Assembly (NCBI GenBank): GCA_030636025.1
Contig: DAOVXQ010000001.1
Coordinates: 24,791-88,790, forward strand
Length of the DNA: 64,000 nt
Direction of reading: 5' to 3'
Source: an archaeon
GTDB lineage: Archaea; Nanobdellota; Nanobdellia; Pacearchaeales; GW2011-AR1
Shown here: positions 50,218 through 58,297 of the stretch, one piece after another
How the letters are laid out: each line of letters starts with the position of its first letter
Position numbering within the stretch: the stretch's first letter is position 1
Program-made: the position numbers and the translations under genes
The notes under the pieces: model-generated
Database searches by the model: none
What the model was told of the DNA's origin: nothing
What the model saw: the letters and a program-made list of their open reading frames with translations, nothing else

Positions 50218-50681
50218 TATTTTTTCTCCCCCGTTTTAATTTCTGTCTTCGGTAATTTCTTAAATACAATTTCTTTCTTAACCTCTTCAGTTTTATTTTT
50301 TCTATTTTTCATAATCGCACTCAATCTTTTTTTATCTTCTAAATTTAATTCCTGAATCAATAAATTCGACGGGTCAAACCAAACATTAACTTTTGAGCCA
50401 TCTTTTTTAAGTCTTTGGATTCCCTCAATAGCAACTTTCAATTTCGTATTATTAATCACATTAATTTTCCCAGTTTTACCCTTAAATTCCCCATTCATAA
50501 TCTTCACCTTATCATCTTTTTTCAACGGAAAACTTCTTCTCTCATATTTTTTCTTTAAATCTTCACTCAAATGTGCAGACATAAATTTACGTCTAATATG
50601 CAACGGAGCATTCGCTCTGTATTTTCTCTGTTTCCTTGGCTGTTTACTTGCCTTCCATTTAGTTGAAAATTTCTGTTTCAT
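50217..50681 (-). CDS. rpl24: 50S ribosomal protein uL24
   Basis: SKQPRKQRK...NAPLH, DDKVKIMNGEFKG, DPSNL.I..L.L.D..R. Confidence 0.96.
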   Translation of the reverse strand: MKQKFSTKWKASKQPRKQRKYRANAPLHIRRKFMSAHLSEDLKKKYERRSFPLKKDDKVKIMNGEFKGKTGKINVINNTKLKVAIEGIQRLKKDGSKVNVWFDPSNLLIQELNLEDKKRLSAIMKNRKNKTEEVKKEIVFKKLPKTEIKTGEKK

Positions 50682-50682
50682 T

Positions 50683-51084
50683 TTATACCACAAACTTGCA
50701 TATCTTGCTAAGAAATTGCCACCTGTCTGCAACTTCTCTTGATATTGGTCCTTTAATTTGAGTTCCCTTTGGATTTCCTTTAATATCTTTCAATAATACA
50801 ACTGCATTATCTGTGAACGCAACTCTTTCTCCAGTGTTTCTTCTAAAAGGTTTTCTTTGCCTTACAACAACTGCGTCAAAAACCTCTCCCTTCATTTTGT
50901 AATCACCTTTTCTAACTGAAACTTTTACCCAGTCCCCGATTTTCGCATATTGCTGTCTTCCTTTTTTTGTTTTCCCGTGTTTAACACTAACTATTTTAAC
51001 AATTCTTGCCCCACTATTGTCTGCAGCAAGAACTAAGCTTCCAATATTCAAACTTTTAGTTAGTTTAGCACATACGCCTTTCAT
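50683..51084 (-). CDS. rpl14: 50S ribosomal protein uL14
   Basis: ADNSGAR, AVVVRQRK, F.DNAVV, PKGTQIKGPI.RE. Confidence 0.97.
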   Translation of the reverse strand: MKGVCAKLTKSLNIGSLVLAADNSGARIVKIVSVKHGKTKKGRQQYAKIGDWVKVSVRKGDYKMKGEVFDAVVVRQRKPFRRNTGERVAFTDNAVVLLKDIKGNPKGTQIKGPISREVADRWQFLSKICKFVV

Positions 51085-51428
51085 TTTTCCCCTCCCCGAA
51101 TTTTCTTTATAACAATAAAATGAACTATCTTACTAATTGGTCTGCATTCTTTAATTTCAATATAATCTCCGATTTGAATTTCACTAAACATACATTCAGG
51201 CAATCGCGCGTGAAGTTTTGTTTTCCTTTTAGCATATCTTTCATATTTTTTAATATAAAGAGTTCGTTCAAATTCAATTGTAACTCTCTTCGGGAATTTT
51301 CTTATAACTTTTCCCTTGAAACTTCTGCCTCTAATACTAATCTGTCCATGAACCGGACAAAATTTATCAGCACAGCTAACTTTTTCTTTCATTTTCTTTG
51401 TCTGTTTTTTTATTTTTACTTCTACCAT
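51081..51428 (-). CDS. rps17: 30S ribosomal protein uS17
   Basis: C.D..CPVHG...RGR, KYERY, ECRPISK. Confidence 0.96.
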   Translation of the reverse strand: MVEVKIKKQTKKMKEKVSCADKFCPVHGQISIRGRSFKGKVIRKFPKRVTIEFERTLYIKKYERYAKRKTKLHARLPECMFSEIQIGDYIEIKECRPISKIVHFIVIKKIRGGEK

Positions 51429-51475
51429 GTTTATCTTTATCTAGGTCTGTCCTAGTTCTCCTCTATTTTTAACCT

Positions 51476-51769
51476 TTACTCAATTGCGTTTTCTGAAAAT
51501 CCAAGTTTTACCAAGGCCTGTTTAGCTGTTCTGGAATGATTTCCCTGCAGTTCAATAGTGTTCTCTTTCACTGTTCCACCGCAAGCCAGTTCCTGCTTTA
51601 AACCTTTTGCAAGAGTTTTCAAGTCTATCCCTTGAAAACCCTGGATTATTGTCATAATCTTACCGAACCTTTTCTTTTCAGTTGTTATCTGAATTCTTTG
51701 TTCAGTCCTCGCAATTTCCTCACAAACACAAGCTTGTAAAGGCAATCCGCACTTTGGGCATATATCCAT
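51476..51769 (-). CDS. sui1: Translation initiation factor SUI1 (aIF1)
   Basis: CPKCGLP...C.CE, LACGGT, IELQGNH. Confidence 0.95.
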   Translation of the reverse strand: MDICPKCGLPLQACVCEEIARTEQRIQITTEKKRFGKIMTIIQGFQGIDLKTLAKGLKQELACGGTVKENTIELQGNHSRTAKQALVKLGFSENAIE

Positions 51770-51771
51770 GT

Positions 51772-51972
51772 TTATTTGTCAATAGATTCCTTATTTAATC
51801 TATTGAATGTAAGCAACCTTGCAATCGTCTTTTTAATTTCATTTATTTTAACTTTCCCAGATTTATTCGCCGAAATCGTGCTCTTCACTAATTCCATTTT
51901 CAATTCTTTAAGTTTTTCTTTCCTTTCCTTTTCAGGCATTTTCGCTATTTCCTTTGATTTTAATATTGCCAT
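51772..51972 (-). CDS. rpl29: 50S ribosomal protein uL29
   Basis: EIAKM...ER.EKL.EL..EL, EIKKTIARLLT. Confidence 0.95.
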   Translation of the reverse strand: MAILKSKEIAKMPEKERKEKLKELKMELVKSTISANKSGKVKINEIKKTIARLLTFNRLNKESIDK

Positions 51973-52046
51973 ATTGATTTTGACTTAACTTTTCCGAGAA
52001 AAGTTATTTTTTTGTTCAAACTTGTTTTTCCAAAAAAGTTTGCCAT
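51966..52046. repeat. 74-bp rps3-rpl29 spacer with two inverted repeats, flanked by a 7-bp direct repeat (ATGGCAA on the minus strand)
   Basis: taacttttc-cga-gaaaagtta (51986-52006) and caaactt...aagtttg (52017-52042); ttgccat occurs at 51966-51972 and 52040-52046. Confidence 0.7.
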
Positions 52047-52724
52047 TTATTTTGATTTCTTTTTCTTAGATTTAATTTCCTTGGGTTTAATTTCTTCAAT
52101 TTCAGGTTCTACGTTTATTTTTTTCAACATTTCTTCATTAATATCAATTCTATCATAAATTTTTGCATCAGGGGCCATTATCGCAACTTTAACTCCAATA
52201 ATCCCTGTCTTAGTAAGTGCTGTTGCTTCTGCCCTATTAACTTCCTTTCTTGATTCTCCTGCCTTTTTTAAATAACCTTGTGCAAATCTCCAAAGTCTTG
52301 CCCTTTCGCTCGGCAGTTTTCCGCCTAACCGAATTTCACATCCAAGAGCCCCACTTTTAATAATTTCTTGCAATTTCCTATATGCGATTACTTTAAATTT
52401 CAAATTCCCCATTCTTTCCAATGCCATTGCAATTTCATCTGCAACTAATTGTGCATCAAATATCGGGTTTCCAATTTCCTGAATTTCAATATGAGGATTC
52501 TCTAATTTAAACCTTCTTGTCAAAATCCTTGTCAACTCTTCTATTTTTTCCCCTCTCCGCCCAATAACTAACCCTGGCTTGCTCGTATGAACAATTATTT
52601 TTTCCCCAACCGGCGTATATTCAATATCTAACTTACTAATTTTGCCCTTGCCTAAATTTCTCCGAATATATTCTTTAATTCCGAATTCTTCTTTCTTAAG
52701 TTGTATAAATTTTCTTTGTTCCAT
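52047..52724 (-). CDS. rps3: 30S ribosomal protein uS3
   Basis: TPVG, KPGLVIGRRG, GALGCEI..GK, TKTGIIGVKV.I. Confidence 0.97.
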   Translation of the reverse strand: MEQRKFIQLKKEEFGIKEYIRRNLGKGKISKLDIEYTPVGEKIIVHTSKPGLVIGRRGEKIEELTRILTRRFKLENPHIEIQEIGNPIFDAQLVADEIAMALERMGNLKFKVIAYRKLQEIIKSGALGCEIRLGGKLPSERARLWRFAQGYLKKAGESRKEVNRAEATALTKTGIIGVKVAIMAPDAKIYDRIDINEEMLKKINVEPEIEEIKPKEIKSKKKKSK

Positions 52725-52727
52725 TTT

Positions 52728-53294
52728 TTATTTTCTCTTCGCCCTCGCCTTTTTCTTAACAGACAAAATTAATTTAATTATAACATTTGTTCTTTTGAAT
52801 CTCCCCTTTCCAAATCTCCGATAAGGTCGCGCAGCAACATCTGCCTTGCAATACAAAACATATTTTTCCAACTCCAGTTCATTGACAATCGCATTTGCTT
52901 TCAAACTTTTAAGTAATTTAATAAATTCAGTCACTGCTTTAATCGGATATCTCCCGCTCATTATTTTTCCTTTTCTGTGAGGCAATTCTCCCTTCATCGG
53001 AACTGCTTTTTTGTAAGTCAAAATTTCAGAAAGCATATCAATTGCCTTCTCAATATTTTTCCTTCTAATATAATCACAAATCGCAATAGAGTGTTTTGTC
53101 GAAATTTTCAAATCCTTCCCGCAAACAATCGCCTCTGTCTTCGATAATTTCTTTTCTTCAGTTTTTTTAGCAACTTCTTTTTTCTCAGATTTAATTTTCT
53201 CAACAGGCTTAACTATCTCTTTAGTAACTTTCTCAACAGGTTTAACTATCTCTGCTTTCTTTGTTTCATTTATTGTTTTATTTTCTGTTTCCAT
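52728..53294 (-). CDS. rpl22: 50S ribosomal protein uL22 with an N-terminal repeat extension
   Basis: ISTKHS..IC..IR, AVP...HRKG...GRYP.KA. Confidence 0.94.
   Translation of the reverse strand: METENKTINETKKAEIVKPVEKVTKEIVKPVEKIKSEKKEVAKKTEEKKLSKTEAIVCGKDLKISTKHSIAICDYIRRKNIEKAIDMLSEILTYKKAVPMKGELPHRKGKIMSGRYPIKAVTEFIKLLKSLKANAIVNELELEKYVLYCKADVAARPYRRFGKGRFKRTNVIIKLILSVKKKARAKRK
53196..53253 (-). repeat. 33-bp-period tandem repeat in the rpl22 5' region (EIVKPVEK x2)
   Basis: tttctcaacagg(c/t)ttaactatctct at 53196-53220 and 53229-53253. Confidence 0.85.
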
Positions 53295-53295
53295 T

Positions 53296-53709
53296 TTATT
53301 TTACAGACCTCGAAGCACTTGACCTTGTTGCACCAATTCCTGCAGCCCCGTGCTTAACTTTATTTCTGGTAATTGCAAGTTCGCCTAATCTATGCCCCAA
53401 CATTTCCCCGACAATTTCAATAGGAACAAATTCCTTTCCATTATGAATGCCAATTGTCAATCCAACCATTTGCGGGACAATTATAAGATATCTCGAATGA
53501 GTTTTAATCCTTTTATTTTCATTTATTTTTTTATTGCATCTTAAAACAAATTTTTGTATCTCGTCAGACTGCCTAAAAATAGTCCGCCTTTCATTTGCCT
53601 TTAATAATTTTGAAAATTCCCTTAAATCCATTTCTTTTAATTCTTCAATAGTTTTCCCCCTATATGTGAATGTTTTTCTTTCAAGTTTGTTTATTTTTTG
53701 TTCTGCCAT
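53296..53709 (-). CDS. rps19: 30S ribosomal protein uS19
   Basis: [38 protein letters not shown]. Confidence 0.96.
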   Translation of the reverse strand: MAEQKINKLERKTFTYRGKTIEELKEMDLREFSKLLKANERRTIFRQSDEIQKFVLRCNKKINENKRIKTHSRYLIIVPQMVGLTIGIHNGKEFVPIEIVGEMLGHRLGELAITRNKVKHGAAGIGATRSSASRSVK

Positions 53710-53710
53710 A

Positions 53711-54406
53711 TTATTTCTTTCCAGTTCTACTAGGTCTAATATGCCCAACCTTTTTTCCAGGAGGAGCATTTCTCTTAGCGATTTTACTTTTAATTCTTTT
53801 TCCCCGCCCCCCACCAAACGGATGGTCAACAGCATTAACCTTAACAGGCGAAGTCCGATGCCATTTTCTTCCTTTTGCAAGCATCATATAGTGTTTTTTA
53901 CCTGCTTTAATAAGGGGTTTCATTAATCTCCCTTCCCCAGCAACAATTCCAATAGTCGCCCTGCAATTTTGATTTAATTTTATTTTTCGTTTATTTTTAA
54001 TTGCAATTTCAATTCTTTTCAAATCTTTCCCACTAATCACTGCAGAACTCCCAGCAGTCCTCATATACAACGGCCCTTTCCCAGGAACATTTTCAATGCA
54101 ACTTACCCGGGTCCCAATTGGAATATCTTTCAATTTTAAAATATTACCATCCTTTACAGCTCCTTTAATTTCTATTTCTTGCCCCTCATAAATTCCACTA
54201 ATTGCAGGACTATAAAAACTCTCCTTATCAATTAAAATTTTCACAAGCGGAGCAGAATGTCCGGCAGAATTAAACAACTTAACAATTTTCGCCTTTCCTT
54301 CTGCCCGCAATTTAGGATAGCTCACTTTATATCTGTAAGCTCGTTTTCTAATCTTAAATGCAGGTCCGCCCTTTCCCCGTGCCTGTTGTGTTATTCTTTT
54401 TCCCAT
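53711..54406 (-). CDS. rpl2: 50S ribosomal protein uL2
   Basis: [40 protein letters not shown]...RTG. Confidence 0.97.
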   Translation of the reverse strand: MGKRITQQARGKGGPAFKIRKRAYRYKVSYPKLRAEGKAKIVKLFNSAGHSAPLVKILIDKESFYSPAISGIYEGQEIEIKGAVKDGNILKLKDIPIGTRVSCIENVPGKGPLYMRTAGSSAVISGKDLKRIEIAIKNKRKIKLNQNCRATIGIVAGEGRLMKPLIKAGKKHYMMLAKGRKWHRTSPVKVNAVDHPFGGGRGKRIKSKIAKRNAPPGKKVGHIRPSRTGKK

Positions 54407-54407
54407 T

Positions 54408-54878
54408 TTATAATTTTGCCCCCATTAACGCTTGATTAAATTCATTATATTTTTTTAAATTAAAATATTCCTTATCTTCTTTATTCTGAGTAATAAGCCT
54501 TACCCCGGGGTTAAACAACCCATCCTGAGTTTTATTTTGATTTTTAACTAACATTTTTCCAATTTCTTCATCACTGTATCCTTCATCTTTTAGTGAATAA
54601 AATTGAGCATCACTGATCTGTATCATTGCGTTAAATGGATCTATGTTGAAATGTCCGCCCTCAACAATTAAATTGTCTTTATGTTCGAAAATTACACCAA
54701 CATATCCTTCCCTACCTGTTTCCTTAAATCTACTAAGAAAGAATAATTCTCCTTCTTTTAATCCCTGATAACCATAACATAGACATTCTTCATTCCAAAC
54801 TCCAAATCTAACAACATCTCCTGCTACAATTCTTGTTAAATCTTCTTTACTTAATAATTTTTTAATTTCAGTTACCAT
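54408..54878 (-). CDS. Hypothetical protein inserted between rpl23 and rpl2
   Basis: 156-aa ORF; TAATG overlap with rpl23 and TAAAATG junction to rpl2. Confidence 0.75.
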   Translation of the reverse strand: MVTEIKKLLSKEDLTRIVAGDVVRFGVWNEECLCYGYQGLKEGELFFLSRFKETGREGYVGVIFEHKDNLIVEGGHFNIDPFNAMIQISDAQFYSLKDEGYSDEEIGKMLVKNQNKTQDGLFNPGVRLITQNKEDKEYFNLKKYNEFNQALMGAKL

Positions 54879-55114
54879 TAAATCATCCCCAGTTTCGTCG
54901 CAATATCAATCGCAGGATTACTTTTATTTAATTTAACATAAGCAAATTTTTTATTATCTCTTATTAATGTATTAATAGAATCAATTTTCACCTTAAACAT
55001 TTTTTCAATTTCTTCTTTAATTTTAGTTTTAGAACTTTGTCTATCTGTTTCAACCACCAAAGTATTTTCTATTTCAAGCAATCTTACTGCTTTTTCACTT
55101 GATATTACTTTCAT
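54878..55114 (-). CDS. rpl23: 50S ribosomal protein uL23
   Basis: SEKA..L.E.EN.L, F.VK...INTLI, K.AYVKL, ATKLG. Confidence 0.95.
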   Translation of the reverse strand: MKVISSEKAVRLLEIENTLVVETDRQSSKTKIKEEIEKMFKVKIDSINTLIRDNKKFAYVKLNKSNPAIDIATKLGMI

Positions 55115-55907
55115 TTTTGCCCCCAAAAATTAAATTTAAATCTTTAATCGCATCCTCGCTGAAAATTGTCAATCTCGCGCCATTATCTGCCAAATCACAA
55201 ACCTGCAATTCATTAACTTTCAAAACATCAATCCCTAAAATTTTCTTATCCTCACTTTTCCCAATTACAAACAACAATCCTGCATTTTGCTTATTTTTTC
55301 TCCCCCTTAATTTGCCAATTCCTGCCCTCTTTGTTTTTTTCTGAATTGCAACACAATACAAATCCCCAAGAATTTTCTTTAAAGAAATTAAAAATTCCCT
55401 TGTCTTCAATTTCAAAAATTTATTTTCAACAATAATTGGCAACTTGGTTTCAATTTTCTTGTCATTTAATGAAGCATATTTTTTCTTTAATTCATCAACA
55501 GAATTTGTATAAGCTAATGCAGACAATAAAGCTTTTTTTAATTCTTTTTTATTTATTTTTTTTAATTTTCCCAGTCCTTTTGGGGGATGTGCTCTTCTAC
55601 CGCCGACAGTTGACGGAATAATCGCACCAACCCATGAAAACTGAGTTCCTCTCCTCCACATCGTTTTTTTCGGAACCCTTGCCATTCCTTTTCCTATTCG
55701 CGTCTTCCAAACCCCTTTCGCATTTCGAACACTGCCCGACGCAGACCTATCCATTCCCGCCCGATATTTCGGCGCATAAGGAGATTTCATCTTCTCAGAT
55801 TCGATAACCTTAAAAATAATATCTTCCCTGATTGGTTCTTCAAATAAGTTTGTAGTTATTTCTTTTACTTTCTTGCCGTTTGTGTCCAATATTTGTGCCT
55901 TTGTCAT
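55095..55907 (-). CDS. rpl4: 50S ribosomal protein uL4
   Basis: FEEPIREDII, G.ARVP, TVGGRRAHPPK, RAG.GK.RGR, RLTI. Confidence 0.96.
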   Translation of the reverse strand: MTKAQILDTNGKKVKEITTNLFEEPIREDIIFKVIESEKMKSPYAPKYRAGMDRSASGSVRNAKGVWKTRIGKGMARVPKKTMWRRGTQFSWVGAIIPSTVGGRRAHPPKGLGKLKKINKKELKKALLSALAYTNSVDELKKKYASLNDKKIETKLPIIVENKFLKLKTREFLISLKKILGDLYCVAIQKKTKRAGIGKLRGRKNKQNAGLLFVIGKSEDKKILGIDVLKVNELQVCDLADNGARLTIFSEDAIKDLNLIFGGKNESNIK

Positions 55908-55908
55908 T

Positions 55909-56412
55909 TTATAATTTTCCTGCAATTTTTGATTCTAAATATTCTCTTTTATCTGATTCTGTTCTTGAAGATTTTAAAAATGCCTTCCATGCTTTCATTT
56001 CATGGTTAACTATTCCTAATTCCCAAATACAAAAGCAACCTTCTTTATTTATATCTAAATCAAAATAATCTATTGGAGTGTAATTGCGATTATCCATTTC
56101 ATCAGAATTATTAAATCCATATCCATAAATTTGATTTTTGAGAACTATCGGATACTTTGTATCCCATCTGGCTACATTTAATATATCTTTTGATAAAATC
56201 GCAAACCCCATTCCTGTCAAGGGATTTATCTTCTTTTCTAAAATTTCTTTTTTTAAAAAAGTTTTAGTCTCCTCAATGGGGTTGGGTTTTGTTTGTTCTG
56301 TAAACAGATCATATAGCTTAAGAACTAATGAAGGAGAGGTAATCAACCCCGCAGGCATTACCTTTTTTGGTTCATGTTCATAAGCTAAATTTCCTATATT
56401 ATTTAAATCCAT
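55909..56412 (-). CDS. Hypothetical protein inserted between rpl3 and rpl4
   Basis: 167-aa ORF with ATAAAATG at both junctions; motifs GFAIL and CIWELGIVNHE..AW..L......YL. Confidence 0.78.
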   Translation of the reverse strand: MDLNNIGNLAYEHEPKKVMPAGLITSPSLVLKLYDLFTEQTKPNPIEETKTFLKKEILEKKINPLTGMGFAILSKDILNVARWDTKYPIVLKNQIYGYGFNNSDEMDNRNYTPIDYFDLDINKEGCFCIWELGIVNHEMKAWKAFLKSSRTESDKREYLESKIAGKL

Positions 56413-56413
56413 T

Positions 56414-57361
56414 TTATCTCAATTCAATAAATTCATAACTCCTTTTTAATTGTTTTTTACTTTCTCTTAATGGCGAGCTAATTAATAATTGTCTTTTTAC
56501 AGGTCCCTGGATGCTTCCAAAAACAATAATATAATCTGATTTTATTTTGCCAAAATGCTTAAATCCTTTTTTAAGATTAATATCTTTTTCAGAAATGCTT
56601 CCAATTTCAACAAGGTTATTATTATAAATCACCCTCGTGAAATATCCCATTTGTCCCATTTTAGGTTCTCTAAATGTAACTCTTGCTGGATGCCACGGAC
56701 CACCACTCCCAGGCCCCCTCCGCCCTTTTTCTGATTTATGACTTCTTAATGCTAATCCAAATCTTTTCATAGGCCCCTGAGTCCCCTTGCCTTTTGTAAC
56801 TCCTCGAACATCAACCAGCCCCCCAGAAAAAACATCTTTAACAGAAATTTCTTTTTTCAAATTCTCCTTAACAAAATTCAATTTCACCTCAAAATTTCCA
56901 GCAAGTCCAATCTCAGACACATCAGGCTTTCTTTTAATTCCAGTTTTTTTAACCTGCGAATAAACAATAATCCGAACATCGTCGGCATCATTTTCAAAAT
57001 CACTAATTTTCTTCTCTACCTTTTTAGGCAACTTAACTTTTTTCTTCATTTCTTTATCAACATTTTCATTTAAAACCTCGCCAAGAACAACCCCGTTTTT
57101 ATAAAACCTAACTGAAAAAATTTTCATTGTCGGGCATTCAATAATTGTAACTGGAATTGTAATCTTCTGACTTTTAGTTAATGAATGCGCCCCATTATCC
57201 TTCACAAAAGCCGACATCATCCCGACTTTGTATCCGATAAATCCAAACAATCCAGAATCCTTTTTCAAATTCGTCCAGCTAACTCTAGGCAAAATTTTCT
57301 TTGCCCTTACTCGCGGATAAAACTGCAAGCTTCCCTTTCTTGGAGCACGATGTTTTGACAT
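56414..57361 (-). CDS. rpl3: 50S ribosomal protein uL3
   Basis: PRKGSLQF.PR.RA, GYKVGM, TKGKG.QGP.KRFG, GQMGYF.R, GSIQGP.KR. Confidence 0.97.
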   Translation of the reverse strand: MSKHRAPRKGSLQFYPRVRAKKILPRVSWTNLKKDSGLFGFIGYKVGMMSAFVKDNGAHSLTKSQKITIPVTIIECPTMKIFSVRFYKNGVVLGEVLNENVDKEMKKKVKLPKKVEKKISDFENDADDVRIIVYSQVKKTGIKRKPDVSEIGLAGNFEVKLNFVKENLKKEISVKDVFSGGLVDVRGVTKGKGTQGPMKRFGLALRSHKSEKGRRGPGSGGPWHPARVTFREPKMGQMGYFTRVIYNNNLVEIGSISEKDINLKKGFKHFGKIKSDYIIVFGSIQGPVKRQLLISSPLRESKKQLKRSYEFIELR

Positions 57362-57488
57362 TTTATTTATACTTAGAAAAAACTCAAAGAGCCGTTTCTG
57401 AGCCTGAAAGTAAAAACTTTCTGCTATCAAAAATAGCATATTAAACACTAATATGATAATTTAGTGAGAAAATCTGGGTTTTTAAAGG
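57362..57488 (-). promoter_or_regulatory. rpl3 operon promoter and structured 5' leader
   Basis: TTTAAAAA on the minus strand near 57479-57486, followed by four short hairpins between 57383 and 57466. Confidence 0.5.
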
Positions 57489-58208
57489 TTATGCCTCAAC
57501 CTCAACTTCTTTCCTAAATTCCCTGCCATCAATATCCAAAAATCTCTCAATCTTCCCAGCCCGTTTAGCCATCTCTCTTATTTTAGCAAAATCCTTTTCA
57601 TCTGTTTCAGGCATAATTATCCCCTCAATTATAAAATTATGTTTTATCTCAATTTTCTTAAAATCCTTAGCTTCGTCATCAAAAATTAAACTATCAACTA
57701 ATCCCTTGTCTGTTGTCTTGATTTTTATAAAATTAATTTTCGCCTTTGCATCTTCTTTTTTTTGACTCCCTGCTCCCTTAGCAGATTTCGGAGATTTTAC
57801 CCGAATTTTCAAATCTGTTTTATCAGTCTTAAAAGACAAAGCAAAAAAAACCTTATCAAATTTATTGCACAAATCCAAAATTTCATCTCCGCTCATTTCT
57901 TTATCATAAATCATATATTTTCTAACCCCCATTGCCATTTTTTTCTCATTATATTCAAACCCCTCCAAATCCAATGCAGAAATTAATGCACCATCAACAC
58001 TAACTTTTTCACTACCTAATTGTTCTGCAAGATACATAATTATCTCCTTAGCATATTCAGAAGTTGTAGCAAGTGTATATTTTCTCTGAGTATTTCTACA
58101 TCTAATCATCGCCCGATTTTCAAAAATCCCCTTACTAAATTTAATAAATTGAGAATGAACTAATTCGTCGACATTTTCCTCAAAAATTTTTTTAATAAAA
58201 CTATCCAT
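57489..58208 (-). CDS. Hypothetical protein upstream of rpl3
   Basis: 239-aa ORF with host-like composition and a TATA box about 30 bp upstream; no motif recognised. Confidence 0.75.
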   Translation of the reverse strand: MDSFIKKIFEENVDELVHSQFIKFSKGIFENRAMIRCRNTQRKYTLATTSEYAKEIIMYLAEQLGSEKVSVDGALISALDLEGFEYNEKKMAMGVRKYMIYDKEMSGDEILDLCNKFDKVFFALSFKTDKTDLKIRVKSPKSAKGAGSQKKEDAKAKINFIKIKTTDKGLVDSLIFDDEAKDFKKIEIKHNFIIEGIIMPETDEKDFAKIREMAKRAGKIERFLDIDGREFRKEVEVEA

Positions 58209-58297
58209 CTTAAAAATTATTTTTATATATTTATAAATGTTTAGTTGAAAATAACTTTTCTAACAACATTTATAAAGATTTATCGTCATATATTTCC

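Noticed and set aside
44820..56412. Homing endonucleases, inteins, introns or toxin-antitoxin genes as the identity of the operon inserts
   Set aside because: No LAGLIDADG, HNH, GIY-YIG, intein or PIN motifs were recognised, and the inserts lie between genes rather than within them.
53296..57448. Long N-terminal extensions of uS19, uL3, uL4 and uL23 in the ORF track (likewise uL24, uS8, uL6, uL30)
   Set aside because: They overlap upstream genes or the leader; internal ATGs at TAATG/TAAAATG junctions or at the conserved protein start fit better.
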